The notes below the pieces were generated by a model. The model did not search any database. It saw only the letters and a program-made list of their open reading frames with translations, and had not been told where the DNA came from. This document shows positions 1 to 11,825 of a stretch of 64,000 nt of DNA, one piece after another (position 1 is the first letter of the stretch; the number at the start of each line of letters is the position of its first letter). The translations under genes were made by a program, and so were the position numbers. This stretch comes from Naegleria gruberi (Eukaryota): assembly GCA_000004985.1 (NCBI GenBank), contig GG738908.1. One strand, written 5' to 3'.

Positions 1-3000
1 CTAGCAATAACAATCAACGATCAATAGCCAAACCTCGACTTGTACCAATTATTCCCATTCAAAATATACAAAATCATCATCGAGGTTACTCACCATCCTC
101 CTCCGATTCATCTTCTTCTTCCTCTGAAGAAGATTCAGGCTCCTCTGACTCTCCCAAAGTGAAAACAAGTATAACAACAACACCAACAGGAGACAAGGAA
201 CCATCCTTCTCTTCATCCTCTTCATCATCAGCATTGACTACTAATCAGTCAAATCTTCACCTGACAGAGTATCACAATCATAATAATCGTTTTCATAATC
301 GTACGCCTTCTTCACCCACTGCCAGATTAACTGACGATGTTAATACAATTAAATTATCAACCATTTCTCCAACATCACCTTCTTCACCTTCTGTTCTACC
401 TTGGTCTCCACATACACCACCAGTCAACAAACAACAACAACCACAACAACATGCTCATCTCTTGACTCCCCTTCCAATTCACAAAATTTCTAGTCCTATG
501 GATTCATCAGATGAGCCAGCAAGATTGACTGCTAGAACACAACAACCACTTTCACAATCATTTTCACAGGATGTTTTACCACTTTTTGATGATAATCATG
601 TGGATCAATTGGTTACACATCGTACGAGTTCACTTAATTTACAGGCAAGTTATAAAGGTGGTCATATCAATCATGGCCATTCTCACGATCATGCCATACC
701 TAAAATTCAACAACGTAGAGGTCAATATTTTCCTCACGATCAATTCAAGATTGTAATGACTGATTTCACAATACAAATCACTGAAAAGAACAATGAATCA
801 ATAATTATTGAAGAGTATACAGAATTGAAATCTCTAGGAACTGGTGGACAAGCTACTGTTTTTTCAGGTCTTGAAAAGACTACTGGTGAAAGAGTGGCTC
901 TGAAGGTTATTAATGCTGGAGGAAATTCAGCACAATTGTGGAATGAAGTAAGTTTCTTTAGCATCATTGATTCTAATGTAATTTTCAGTTTAATATTTTG
1001 AGAGTTTTAAAGCATTCTTCAATTATACCCGTATGGAAGTTGTACGAAACAAAGAATATTTTCAATTCAATGATTATGATTACAATGCCAGTGTATATTC
1101 ATGGCGACATGACAGCATTTATTACCAAATTTGCTCCTAAATATGACACAAATCCATTTACACCACACGTAAGTAATTAATACTCTTAATAACAATATCT
1201 AACAATATTTTAACAGTGTATTATAGACATGGTTCTTCAAATAACGGATGCAATTCAATATACACACTCTAAAGGCATTATTCACAGAGATTTGAAACCT
1301 GACAATATTTTCATTTCTTCATTGGAACTTGATAAGAAGAATAGAAAATTAATAACATCATGTAAAGTAACTTTGGGAGATTTTGGACTTTCTAAGAATA
1401 TACAACAATCTATGGCAGTTTCTGTTGTTGGTACACTTGGATGGATGAGTCCAGATCATTTGAATGGTAATTTTTCTCTCAAAACAGACATGTGGAGTCT
1501 GGGATGTATTATATATTATTTGATCAGCTTGGATGCTGCTCTTTTAAACACTAACGATATGATTAACGAGAATCATGCTGCACACAAAGTGAAAATGAGA
1601 GAGAATATGTACAAGGTTTGTATTAATAATTTACGAATGTGTTTGTTTTAACATTGCATTTAGAAAATGAATTCAACATTACCTTCAAAATTTGTGGAAT
1701 TAATAGATATTGTTGTTACTAAGTTATTGGAAAAGAATCCAGAGGAGAGATTATCTTCTCATGAATTCTTTTGGGATTATTTGATACCTTGGAGATTTAG
1801 AATTGATGAAACCGAGTTGACAGAAGTAGTCCCTGGAAAAGAAGGTCTTTATTCTTGGAATGGATCTACTGTAACATTAAGAAGGGTCACTAAAGATCAA
1901 TTTAAAACACTTATTCAACTCCGAGATATTCAATACATTACTAAAGTTCTAGGATACTTTACAACGTATGATGAATTAACAGATCAAGAGGAGATTTACA
2001 TCCTCCACAAACCTCAAGGTACCAATTTGAAGGCCTATCTTGTTCCATCGAATCCAAGATATGTCTCCCTTCATGACAAATTGGAAATTTTGCTCAAAAT
2101 TGCAACAGCCATCGAAGAAATTAATAGAACTACAGATATTAGATTTATTATCAAATTGGACGAATCTAAAATATATGTAAGTATTGTGTAAAGATTGCTA
2201 ATTCGAATACTAATTATTTAGATTGATGAACAAGGAGAAGTTACACTCTCAATTTTGGATGCCGTTCAAGTACAACAACAACCTATGGAAAAGGATAACA
2301 TTTATAATTTATATTTCTTTAGTTTGGATTTATTGGATGATTGTAGAGAAATTTATAACTATCCATTTGAGGAATCATATTCTATGGTTAGGAAAAAGAA
2401 TAGTTTGATTGATTTCCCAAGATTACTAGTTTTCGTCTTTAGTAATTCAATAGTAACTCATCCAAGCAAATATTCATCCATTTACGTCTCACAAAAGTTG
2501 TACACTCAACTCTATATGAATCACAAGTTCCCAGGGGATAAATATGCAGCCGAAAGAAAGGAAAGTGTTACCTCATATCCATCTATCCATTCCCCTAATT
2601 CTTTGAGTATGACTCCTCCAACAGAGAATCCACTTGGACAATCACCACCTCCTTCATCAAATATTGCCATCATTACCCAAACAATGGAAGCAGAGAAATT
2701 GACACCAGAAGAGCAGTTCCATTGTTCACACAAGAGAATTAAGGAAATGATTAGAGCCAACTCAATCAGGCACATTCTCAAATCTTATCATATTGGAAGA
2801 GATGGAAATGATAAAAAGTGGAGTAAAATAATTATTGAAGAAGAAGAGGAGGGTGAAGTTCAAGCTTATGAAGAATACAGTCACCTACAAAACTATCATC
2901 TCACCTCTAACGCTCATGGTACTGATTCTCCTGTGGAAATTTCAGGAAAAGCAAAGAAAAACCCTGAGCTAGTTCATGTTTCTATTGAATGTTTGAACTT

Positions 3001-6000
3001 CCAACCAATTCTATTCCGTGATTATTTCAATGGAAAACAACTAGAACCATTGTATTTATATTGGTACTTGATCGATATCAAACAAAAGAGAAGAATTTCA
3101 GAGACCTTCAGTTGTGATATCAACTCTAGAGAAATGAGAATCTTCCTGGGTGAAGACAATGAGGATGATGATCCACTTTCAGTCAAAAAGAGCAGATGTG
3201 CTGGCTATGAAGTTGATTCTAGTAACTCTGACATCATGGTTTTGTTTGTTGTGACAAAGACTCTACAAGGTTCTGACAGCATGGACGCCTACATTAAACC
3301 TGGTAAATCCAAGTTGTCAGAGGAAAAGTTCACCAAATCTGTCAATACTCTTTTCCCTACCTTAAAGAATTATCAACAAGTTGTTTCATGGGCTTGTGAA
3401 CCTCTCTTTGATTTTGAAGGAAATTTGATTTTACCTAAAGAAATTGAAACATTCTATTATATGGATGAGGTCAGAAATGAACATTCCTTCTATGAATTCT
3501 TTGAAAAGAGAGATGTCAAGAAAGAAAAGTTAGTTCCAATGACACTCAAACTTCACTGTGAGCTTACCAGAGCCTACGAAGCAACAACTGTCTCAAGCAA
3601 AGCAGCCGAAAGCCTTACCGATTTGAATGACCAATTTGCCACTTTGGATTTGAAATCTACTTCGTTTTACTTGAAGCAAACTAATGGCAATAACAATGGT
3701 TCCTACATGTGTAAAATGTTCACATTCGCTCCTAACTTTAGAAGCTCACTTACAGACAGTAACAATTTGTATATCTATCCACTTTCTACTGCTTTCAAAC
3801 GTCGTTTATTCTTGAAAGATATGAATGTTGGTATTATTGTGAAATTTAAGAGGAACGATAGAGATATTAGTGATGAAGGAGAACAAGTTTTCATCAAGAA
3901 GAATAACAAGACCTTCAAGGAAGGATTCAGCTCTGTTTCTTATCAATCTACCTCACCCCAATTCAATGATGAGCTCAAATTGCAACTACCAGAACAATTG
4001 GGCTCTGGTGACCATTTACTCTTTACTTTTGTCAATGTGGATTGTGCTGGAGACGAGAAGAATGTACAAGTTGTTGGTCACTCATACTACATGTTGTTGG
4101 GAAAGCATGGTCTGCTTGCCACCCATGGAAATCTTATTTTACCAATCTATAAGAGACTTACCCCAAAGAGCTACTTGCAGGCTAACGAAGATACAAAGAA
4201 GAATGGAGAGTTCAAGGTTGAATTCCAACCAATTTCAACACTTTACACCACTGATATTAACCTGTACGAATTCTTCTCTGCCAACGAAGTAGTCAAAGTC
4301 ATGAAAAGTATTTATGGAGAAAATTTGGCTGAAATTCAAAATAACATTTCTAAAAAGTTGAAGAATTTGGAAAAGGTTGTTGATTTTAGAAATCTCATCC
4401 AATACATGCCCCAAATTGTGGATGAATTGCTGTTAATGATCACACTAAAGCAATTCCCAAATGTTCAATCAGGAGCTTTTGGTCTACTCAACTCATATCT
4501 AGATAAGCTCAAAAAGACTGAAAGAAATACCAAACAATATATTGAAAGATATATCAAGGAAGCTTTTGTTAATCATCCAGATTCTACAGGTCTTCTTTTT
4601 GAACAACTGTTGAAGAGATATGTCAGAAATCTTGATGAGGAACAAAAGATGCGAGCTGAAAAAAAGGGTGAAAATTTCAATTTTTCAGTGTACAATTTTA
4701 TATCAGGTGGAGGATCACATGACGGATTCTTGATCAACATGCCAAATGATAGCATTACCATTGAAAATAGTTCTATCTACTTCCAACTTATTGAAAAGTC
4801 TTTAATTCTTTACATGAATAATCAAAAGTTACTCAATCAACAATATGGTGCTTATAGCCCTTTGAGGCATTTAAGTAAGAAGAAAGATGATGTTCCTGCA
4901 CCATTCTCTCAACTTTTGGATCTTCTTTCAGAGTTGAGAACACTAGTTGTGAAAGAATGCAAGTTTAGATATTCTACCTCCATGTCAGTTGCCAAGCTCC
5001 TTGTCTCATCTTATGCACAATTCTTGTGTGGATTGATGAATTTGATAGATAGAGGATTTATCATTACAGAAATTGAAATGTTCTTGGATGAATTCCTCCC
5101 ATCAAAAGATCAACAATTTGAACTCTTACAAGAACTGAAGAATATCTTCTTGAAACAAATTTCTTGCTATGACCACTTCCTGTCCATGTGTCTTGCATAC
5201 AGCACCTCAAGCTGCTTGCAATATGTGAAAAAGAATGGTAATTATATTGTTTATCACATGTGTGACACTCACTACTTGTCTGGCATTTTCATCAAGAGAT
5301 TCCTCCTCGACACTCTCCACAAACAACGCAAGGTCAGAGAGAAGGCAGCCATCACATTTAACTTTTTACTCTCCCGACACGAATACGATGCTCGATTCCA
5401 AAGTAAGGAAGAAAGACAAAAGATTGCTTCACTCTACTTCCCTTTCATTATTATAATTTGTGACTTGTGGAAAACTTATGAGGAGCTCACTAAAGCAGAT
5501 TCCAAATCACTGAAGGATACACCAGACAAACGTCCAGAAGCACAAACCATGCTCATCAACTTTTTACACATATTAATCAATACGAGAAAGAAGGTATTCA
5601 GACAGTGGTGGACTCAAGAAGCTGTGGAGAGAAAGAAGCAATTCATCAAGATTCTCTCATCAGTTCCAAAACTATTCAAATATGCCCACTCGAGAAATTC
5701 CAGTGCTGATGAAGATGAAGATCCCTATCATCAACATCAACATCCAATGGCAACTCCAAGAAGTAGCAGTCTCAAACCAGTATCCTCCAGAGAACAATCC
5801 GATGGTGCTCTCTCTCCAAGAGGTAAAAAGTCTGGCACTATGAAAGAAACAACTGGAAGAAAGAGTTTCATTTTCCCATTCGCTTCAAAGGACGATTCAT
5901 TCGATCCAAGGAAGGTTCCTCTTTCTAGATTTTCCTCACCAACTGTTAACAAGCTCTCTCACAGAACTTCTGTCAGCATCTTGAGAAGTCAACAATCCAG

Positions 6001-6841
6001 CTATTCTCAACTTTTCAGAGGTGATTCTAAGAAAAAGGCCAAAGAACAACAAAACAGATGGAGAAGAATTCTCTCAATTCAAGCCAGTATTGCTACTATG
6101 AGAATCATGTCTTGGATTTTCGAAGAGGAACTCTATCAACAACAGCAAAATGCAAGACCAAGTAGTCCTGATGATCTCACTTCGGATTTGTCCTATCTGA
6201 AAATCGTTTTGGAATTCTTCTTTTCACATTTGGAAGTTGAGCAATCCGAAACAACTTATCAATTGGTATTCCAATTACTTGCTCTCTTTGTGAAGAATTA
6301 CAAGATATACAGTTACTATTATTCACGTGAAGATTTAATTAGAAAGGTTAATGAATTTGCAACAAGATCAACCGTTGAATCTACCAAACTTACTGCACTT
6401 GCTTTCACAAAATGGGTCAAATTACAGCAGCAATTATTTGCATCCTTGTCTTTCTCTGCAAATTCTGTCAATAGACAATCCTCTTACAATATCAAACCAA
6501 TAGACAGAACCAAGTCATCAGGTGCTTCCAAATTTGATGGAATATTAAACATTTCTGACTTGTTGTGGAATATTAAAGTCAGATACAAGGAGAGACAATA
6601 CGTAGAACAGTTGAAGGGATGGCTCAACAGTCAACAACCAGATGTGATCACTGCTGTCGAATATTTGGAAAAGGAATTTGTCAAGTACATGTATCCAGAT
6701 GATTTCACACCAACTACAAATGTAAACAGTAAGGCAATGAGAGTTTCTGATAATGACAATGACGAAGAGGATCTTGAAAGTGTTCCTTCTGAAGAGGAAG
6801 GTGAAGAACTCTCGCTCTTCCAAGCACTACGACTAATGTAA
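1..6841 (+). CDS. 5'-partial multi-exon gene encoding, from N- to C-terminus: a low-complexity N-terminus, a Ser/Thr protein kinase domain, a degenerate kinase-like segment, and a ~1500-aa DOCK-like region (C2/DHR-1-like 'GDHLLFTFVNVDC' motif plus a helical DOCK mid-region)
   Basis: The reading frame is open from the window edge, so the gene starts upstream. The kinase carries GTGGQATVF, VALKV, HRDLKPDNIF, DFGLSK and GTLGWMSPD, and its subdomain XI follows a splice. The exon model is 3..947, 989..1168, 1217..1615, 1664..2176 and 2222..6841. All junctions are GTAAGT/GTTTGT...AG with phases conserved. The 45-nt intron at 2177..2221 contains an in-frame TAA and joins ...KLDESKIY to IDEQGEVTLSILDAVQ... 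in frame. The large exon contains HLLFTF and ASLYFPFIIIICD / QWWTQEAV motifs that resemble the DOCK DHR-1 and pre-DHR-2 regions. I recalled these motifs from memory and have not searched them. It ends ...LFQALRLM* at 6839..6841. Confidence 0.6.
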
Positions 6842-6985
6842 AGAATTTAAATAGCTATATAAATTTGAAAAATTTCCTTATTAGAGAATGAGATTAATTA
6901 ATGCTAAATATGTACTTGTAGATCAACCCAATTAGACAAACTTCCAAGTTTGAAAAGATTCCTGATTTTGCAGTGTTGTCCACCC

Positions 6986-6992
6986 TATAAAT
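6986..6992 (+). promoter_or_regulatory. TATAAAT box about 55 bp upstream of the Hsp20 ATG
   Basis: The sequence ccaccctataaattgg lies in the 205-bp interval between the upstream gene's stop and ATG 7047. Confidence 0.4.
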
Positions 6993-7046
6993 TGGACACG
7001 TTAAAAAACTATTTGCATTTCCAACACAAGAAAAACAAGAAGAAAA

Positions 7047-7523
7047 ATGTTAAGCCGTTGGATGGGAGATATTTTCGATGAACCATTTGGAATTACTACT
7101 TGGGATCCATTTCTCAGTAGTGGTGGTGGCACTAGCGATCGTAACAGAGGTGGCGTAGATTTCTATAGAAATCAACTTGGCTCCTTCACTCCTTCAACTG
7201 ATGTCTCTGAAACTGACAAGTGCATTTGTGTTAAATCCAATTTGCCAGGTTTGAAGAAGGAAGATGTCAGAATTGATGTTGATGATGAAAAGAGACTCTT
7301 AACCTTCTCAGGTGAAACCAAATCTGAAAAGACTGATGAGAATGAAATCTATCACAGATCTGAAAGATATTATGGTAAATTCAGTAGATCTATGAGATTG
7401 CCACAAAATGTTGACTTGAATGGAATTAAGGCAAATATGAATGAAGGAGTTTTGAATATTTCAATTCCAAAAGTTGAACAAAAGGAAAAACAAGTCAAGA
7501 CTCGTTCCATTGGAGTTGATTAA
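7047..7523 (+). CDS. Small heat-shock protein (alpha-crystallin / Hsp20 domain)
   Basis: A single 158-aa ORF. The C-terminal ~90 aa have the alpha-crystallin-domain pattern (...VKSNLPGLKKEDVRIDVDDEKRLLTFSGE...YGKFSRSMRLPQNVDLNGIKANMNEGVLNISIPK...). Confidence 0.85.
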   Translation: MLSRWMGDIFDEPFGITTWDPFLSSGGGTSDRNRGGVDFYRNQLGSFTPSTDVSETDKCICVKSNLPGLKKEDVRIDVDDEKRLLTFSGETKSEKTDENEIYHRSERYYGKFSRSMRLPQNVDLNGIKANMNEGVLNISIPKVEQKEKQVKTRSIGVD

Positions 7524-7581
7524 ACTTCGCAATAAAGTTGTGATTTGTGAGCAGATGATTTTGTATTAGAAACTTTAAAAA

Positions 7582-10290
7582 ATGAAACGAAACCATTCTT
7601 CCTTGTCGAGTGGTGAAACAGTGATACAACAAAATGAAGAATTGGAAAGGAAGAAAAAGAAAACACCATCTGCGTTTCTGGATTCCCTATTGGAAAGATA
7701 TGAAAAAGTCTTGTATTCCATTAAATCGGAACTTTCGAATAATACAACAACCATCAATTCCGATTTGAGAAAAGAACTCGACCATTGTCACTTTAGTCTG
7801 ATCAATCTAATGGATAATCCTATTTCAAATCAACCGAAAGAAGACTATTCATCCTACACTGAATATGTCGAACAAAGTATTAATGACGTTTTACCAGATC
7901 ATATTCTCTCACAAATATTCTCCTATTTGAGTTTTCATGATTTCCGAGAGGTTACTAGGACTTGTATGATGTGGAGGAGGATTTGCTTTACAATTCAGAG
8001 TGCTTTGAGCGCATTTGAGATTTCTGATGAGATGCCAGTCGAGTGTGCAATGAGTTTATTCACCAGATTTGTGGAATGGAGAATTGGAAGTATTAGAAAA
8101 GTGAATATTCATTCAATCAATGTGTTTACGAATTGTGGACACAAATTTACTGGTGTCAAGTTTCTGGAAGAAGCAAGTAGTATGGCATTGACTGGATTTC
8201 CAAATATTGAAAGGGTTAAAGAATTGGAAATTACATCAACCTTCTTTGGAGATATGTACAAATATCCTGGATTGGAATCAATCAAATTTTTGAAATTTAA
8301 GGATGCTGTAATTGATTTCTTTCATTGCTCATTGTTTGGATTGACTTTGGTAGAATCGCTTCTTCCATTAATTGATTTTGAAAAGGTTGACTCACTCAAA
8401 TTGGTAACTAATTCAAAATTACTGAATTCCTTAGCTTGTTATGCCAAAGAAAATATCCAATCAAAAGCAAATCTACTCTTTCAGAATATCAACTCTAAGA
8501 TTAAATATTTGAGAATCACTCTAGCTGAAGAATCAACTGAAGATGACGATTTTGAAGGAGAAGTTGACATTCCACTTTCCAATTTAGAGGAATTATATGT
8601 TGAATTCGCAACCGTACGAACGGTGAATATGCTCCATTTTGATCCAGAGAAATTGAAAAGATTACAGATTGGATCTTGGCACGGCAAACACACAATTGAA
8701 AATCCACTACAGCCAAGAGTTAGTTTTGAGTTGTTTCTCGTTTCAGAATTTCACCAATTGCTAAACAGATCGGCAAAAATTCAAACTCTAGTTTTGGATA
8801 ATGTCAAGCCATTATTTTACAGAACCTTTGCGTTTTCACAATTTAAAAACTTGACACATCTCCATGTTGCAGAAATGAGTAATTCTAATCTAACCCAACT
8901 TGCACCAAAGCTTCAAGTTCTCAAAGTTGGCACAATTACTGAATTTAATCCAGAGATTTTCAAATTATTTGGATCATTGAAGGAACTTGAAATGGATCCT
9001 AAATATGCTTCAAAGATTGACTTTAAAGACCTACCGAAACTTTCAAATATTACTTTACAATCATTTTCAGCTCATTACTCGATGGATATTAATTCAGATT
9101 CTTTGAAGAGTATTCGGGTTATGTCCCGAATAAGAACTCTCACCATCAATGCAATCAATCTTGAAACATTCGATTTGAAGGGAAATATTGACAAACTCTC
9201 TATCCGATCGAACCAATTAGAAGCATTAGGTGTGATGTCTTATAATCAAATAGGGGATTTGTCAATTCTTTCATTCCAAATTCCAAACCATGGATGTGAA
9301 AATGTGTCCCCTCTAAAGGAGTTAAATTTGGCTAATGTCTCAACTGTAAGACAATTGCATTGTCCTTATTTGAAAACAATTAAGGTTCAATCTATGGCAT
9401 CTATTTGCCAACTTGTAGATTTGGATCAAACTCCTCTTATTGAAATGATAATATTTGAAAAGGCGTTTATTGAACCAGATGCTTTCAAGACATGTTTGGA
9501 TTATTTTGAAAATCTCAAAACGATTGAATTTTTTGATTGTAATCTTGGATCCTCAGCAAATGAAATCATTGAATTCTCATCCACAATTGAAGTTATTGAA
9601 ATTTATGAGGGAAGTCCAGAATTGATCAGATTTTTAACTAGCTTATTCTCAGAATCACCAAGTATGAAAGCTATCTATTTAATGGACACGGAGGTTGAAG
9701 AAACCTTTATTGAATCCATTTCACAACCAAAAGCAGATCAGTGGAAGAATCTCGAATTAATATCCCTCCAGAATTGTGTCAACATTTCAGGAAAGGCAAT
9801 TTCAGACTTTTATTCAAATATCAAACATTATGCATCCCTCAAATCTCTCACTCTGGTCCTTTCACCAGGAAATGAAATTGTCTACGATGCAAGAATTCCA
9901 CAAACTTTGGAATCCTTTACTGGAATTTTCAATTCTGTGGAAATTATTCCAACCAGCACGGCAAGAAGCAATATGGTGAATTTAAAGACAATTACATTGG
10001 ATGGAAGAAATTCTACATTTTCAAATTTTGAGATTAATACATTTTTACAATCGATATTCGATTTGTTTGTGGATGATAAGGAAGAAATGGCTCCATTCAG
10101 GACAGAGTTATATTCGCTGTTAGCTTGTGAAAGGTTGATTGCAGATTCTGAAAGTGATCCTCCAGATTTCAAACTAATCAATAAGGTAGTTGCTGGAATT
10201 CCTTCTATTCGAATCGTTTCGAAACAGTTATTTACAGATGATCCAGTTTTATTGCTCAGTCAGCGGCCACATCTCAAATTGTGTGATTAA
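7582..10290 (+). CDS. F-box protein with long leucine-rich (LRR-like) C-terminal region
   Basis: A single 902-aa ORF. The F-box motif LPDHILSQIFSYLSFHDFREVTRTCMMWRRIC is followed by about 700 aa of L/I/N-rich repeats of the form L..L.L. Confidence 0.75.
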   Translation: MKRNHSSLSSGETVIQQNEELERKKKKTPSAFLDSLLERYEKVLYSIKSELSNNTTTINSDLRKELDHCHFSLINLMDNPISNQPKEDYSSYTEYVEQSINDVLPDHILSQIFSYLSFHDFREVTRTCMMWRRICFTIQSALSAFEISDEMPVECAMSLFTRFVEWRIGSIRKVNIHSINVFTNCGHKFTGVKFLEEASSMALTGFPNIERVKELEITSTFFGDMYKYPGLESIKFLKFKDAVIDFFHCSLFGLTLVESLLPLIDFEKVDSLKLVTNSKLLNSLACYAKENIQSKANLLFQNINSKIKYLRITLAEESTEDDDFEGEVDIPLSNLEELYVEFATVRTVNMLHFDPEKLKRLQIGSWHGKHTIENPLQPRVSFELFLVSEFHQLLNRSAKIQTLVLDNVKPLFYRTFAFSQFKNLTHLHVAEMSNSNLTQLAPKLQVLKVGTITEFNPEIFKLFGSLKELEMDPKYASKIDFKDLPKLSNITLQSFSAHYSMDINSDSLKSIRVMSRIRTLTINAINLETFDLKGNIDKLSIRSNQLEALGVMSYNQIGDLSILSFQIPNHGCENVSPLKELNLANVSTVRQLHCPYLKTIKVQSMASICQLVDLDQTPLIEMIIFEKAFIEPDAFKTCLDYFENLKTIEFFDCNLGSSANEIIEFSSTIEVIEIYEGSPELIRFLTSLFSESPSMKAIYLMDTEVEETFIESISQPKADQWKNLELISLQNCVNISGKAISDFYSNIKHYASLKSLTLVLSPGNEIVYDARIPQTLESFTGIFNSVEIIPTSTARSNMVNLKTITLDGRNSTFSNFEINTFLQSIFDLFVDDKEEMAPFRTELYSLLACERLIADSESDPPDFKLINKVVAGIPSIRIVSKQLFTDDPVLLLSQRPHLKLCD

Positions 10291-10300
10291 TAAAAGTGGT

Positions 10301-11636
10301 TTATTTTCTTAAAATTCGGCCTCTGAACAAATCACTATCCAAGAATCGAACATAAATATCCTGAAGTGAATCAGATTCGATATTCTTGATTAATTCAGTA
10401 AAGAGATGAGGGACAGATCCTTCATTCTTGTATCGTTGCATGATGGCTTCTCTCACATTGGAGGCTACATTGAGTTCAGTTGGTGAGTTTGAATTTAAAT
10501 AGGAATCTATAATCTTCTTTGCTAATGCCTTTCGTTTGGTTTCGTTTTGAACTTTCTGATAACAGTGAGCTTCTTCCCAAAACATTAAACTTTCAGCAGC
10601 GTAAATCTTTGTAGAAAATAACTTTAAAACCTTTCTATAATTCTTATCTGCCAAAATCTTTTGAAGTGGAAATTGCTGAGTTAAATCTTGATTTGAAATT
10701 TCTTCAATTTGAGCAGAAAAACAAGAATTTGATTTCTTCTTTGCAGTTTTGAGAATTGGTTCATAAATTGGCTTTACCTCTACAGCAATCTTTTGAAATT
10801 CTGAAATTGTCGTTTCAATATTTTCAGTTCTTGACATTTGACTTGACATTTCGGCAGAAGAATTTACATATTCTGATTGATCTTTCAATAAATCAAACAA
10901 ATCATCACTTCCTTTTCCTTCCAAGTCAAGTAAAACTTCCATAAAATCTGGAACTACATAAACCTTATCATTCAAATGTCTATTTACAATCTTTCCATTT
11001 GCAATTACGAAAGTTGCCGAAAGCTGACTTCTAGATGCTCGCTCAGCTACATAATTAGTCAATTTGTAACCTTGAGAAAGTGCCACTTTCACAGTTTCGA
11101 TGACAACTTTCAGATTATTTGACATGTCAGATGCATTACTGGTCTTGACACCAAATTGTTGGTAATAGTAATTTCCTTCAGGATCTGCAACTCGTAGGAA
11201 TTTACTCATCAATTCTCCTCGTTGGTTCACTTGATTCTTTGTTGAGTTCAGAGTTGGACGAATCTTGTGAAGTTTCGAATTGTTTGTTCGAAAGTGGTTT
11301 TGGCATTCCAGCCCGTGAAAAGAATTCATCTGCCTCTTGCTCACTTTCCTGATGTACAAAAACAGGTATACAGTTTAGTTTAATCAAGCTGGATAAACTA
11401 TTTACAATATCCACAATACTTCTCTGACAGAAAACACATCCAAAATATCGAAGAAACACCAACAAAACAACATGCTTCTTGGAAAGATCAGCAACACTAA
11501 CTCCAATGTTAGTTATCATGGTTTCTAATAAATGATGTGGAAGGCCATTAAGACCAGAAATGTTATTCGAAACTAAATGTTGGTTCTCCGAAGAATCTAT
11601 TGGAGTTGTGAAGGTTTGGATGTTATCTTGTGACAT
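10301..11636 (-). CDS. RGS-domain protein with N-terminal thioredoxin-like (PRXL2/AhpC-TSA-like, CxxC) half; the gene model has an internal frame discontinuity
   Basis: The minus-strand ORFs 11202..11636 and 10301..11359 overlap by 158 nt in different frames. The N-terminal part has VVLLVFLRYFGCVFCQ (CxxC) and IPVFVHQESEQEADEFF, as in PRXL2/AhpC-TSA-like proteins. The C-terminus has an RGS pattern (FWEEAHCYQKV...IIDSYLNSNSPTELNV...YVRFLDSDLF). No clean GT-AG intron longer than 40 nt reconciles the two frames. Confidence 0.6.
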
Positions 11637-11825
11637 TGTGTGTGGTTGTTTTTTTGTGTATGTTGTTGTTCTGAAAATAAGAACGGAGACAGATCGGTAA
11701 AAGTTATTCGAAAGTTCAAGCTGGATTTAATCCACACGTAGAAAAATAATATTTGCCTTAACTCCATACTTGAAGAATGTTTGCTTCAAATTGATGTAGT
11801 AGTATGAGCCAAATTCATAAGTGAA

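Noticed and set aside
49-234. Minus-strand 61-aa ORF (MLMMKRMKRR...) at the window start
   Set aside because: It lies antisense to the open, codon-biased N-terminal exon of the kinase gene. It is low-complexity and has no support.
2521-6823. Several 60-140-aa ORFs inside or antisense to the large DOCK-like exon (2521..2781-, 3870..4292+, 4573..4761-, 5235..5456+, 5737..5952-, 6545..6823-)
   Set aside because: They are nested in a long, continuous, domain-bearing ORF on the plus strand. They are chance ORFs in AT-rich sequence.
6900-7046. Heat-shock element upstream of the Hsp20 gene (TTCcaaGTTTGAAaaGATTC and GAAaaaTTTCC)
   Set aside because: The GAA/TTC triplets are spaced 7 and 10 nt apart, not the 5-nt alternation of nGAAnnTTCn. 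I cannot call a bona fide HSE by eye. Only the TATAAAT box is listed.
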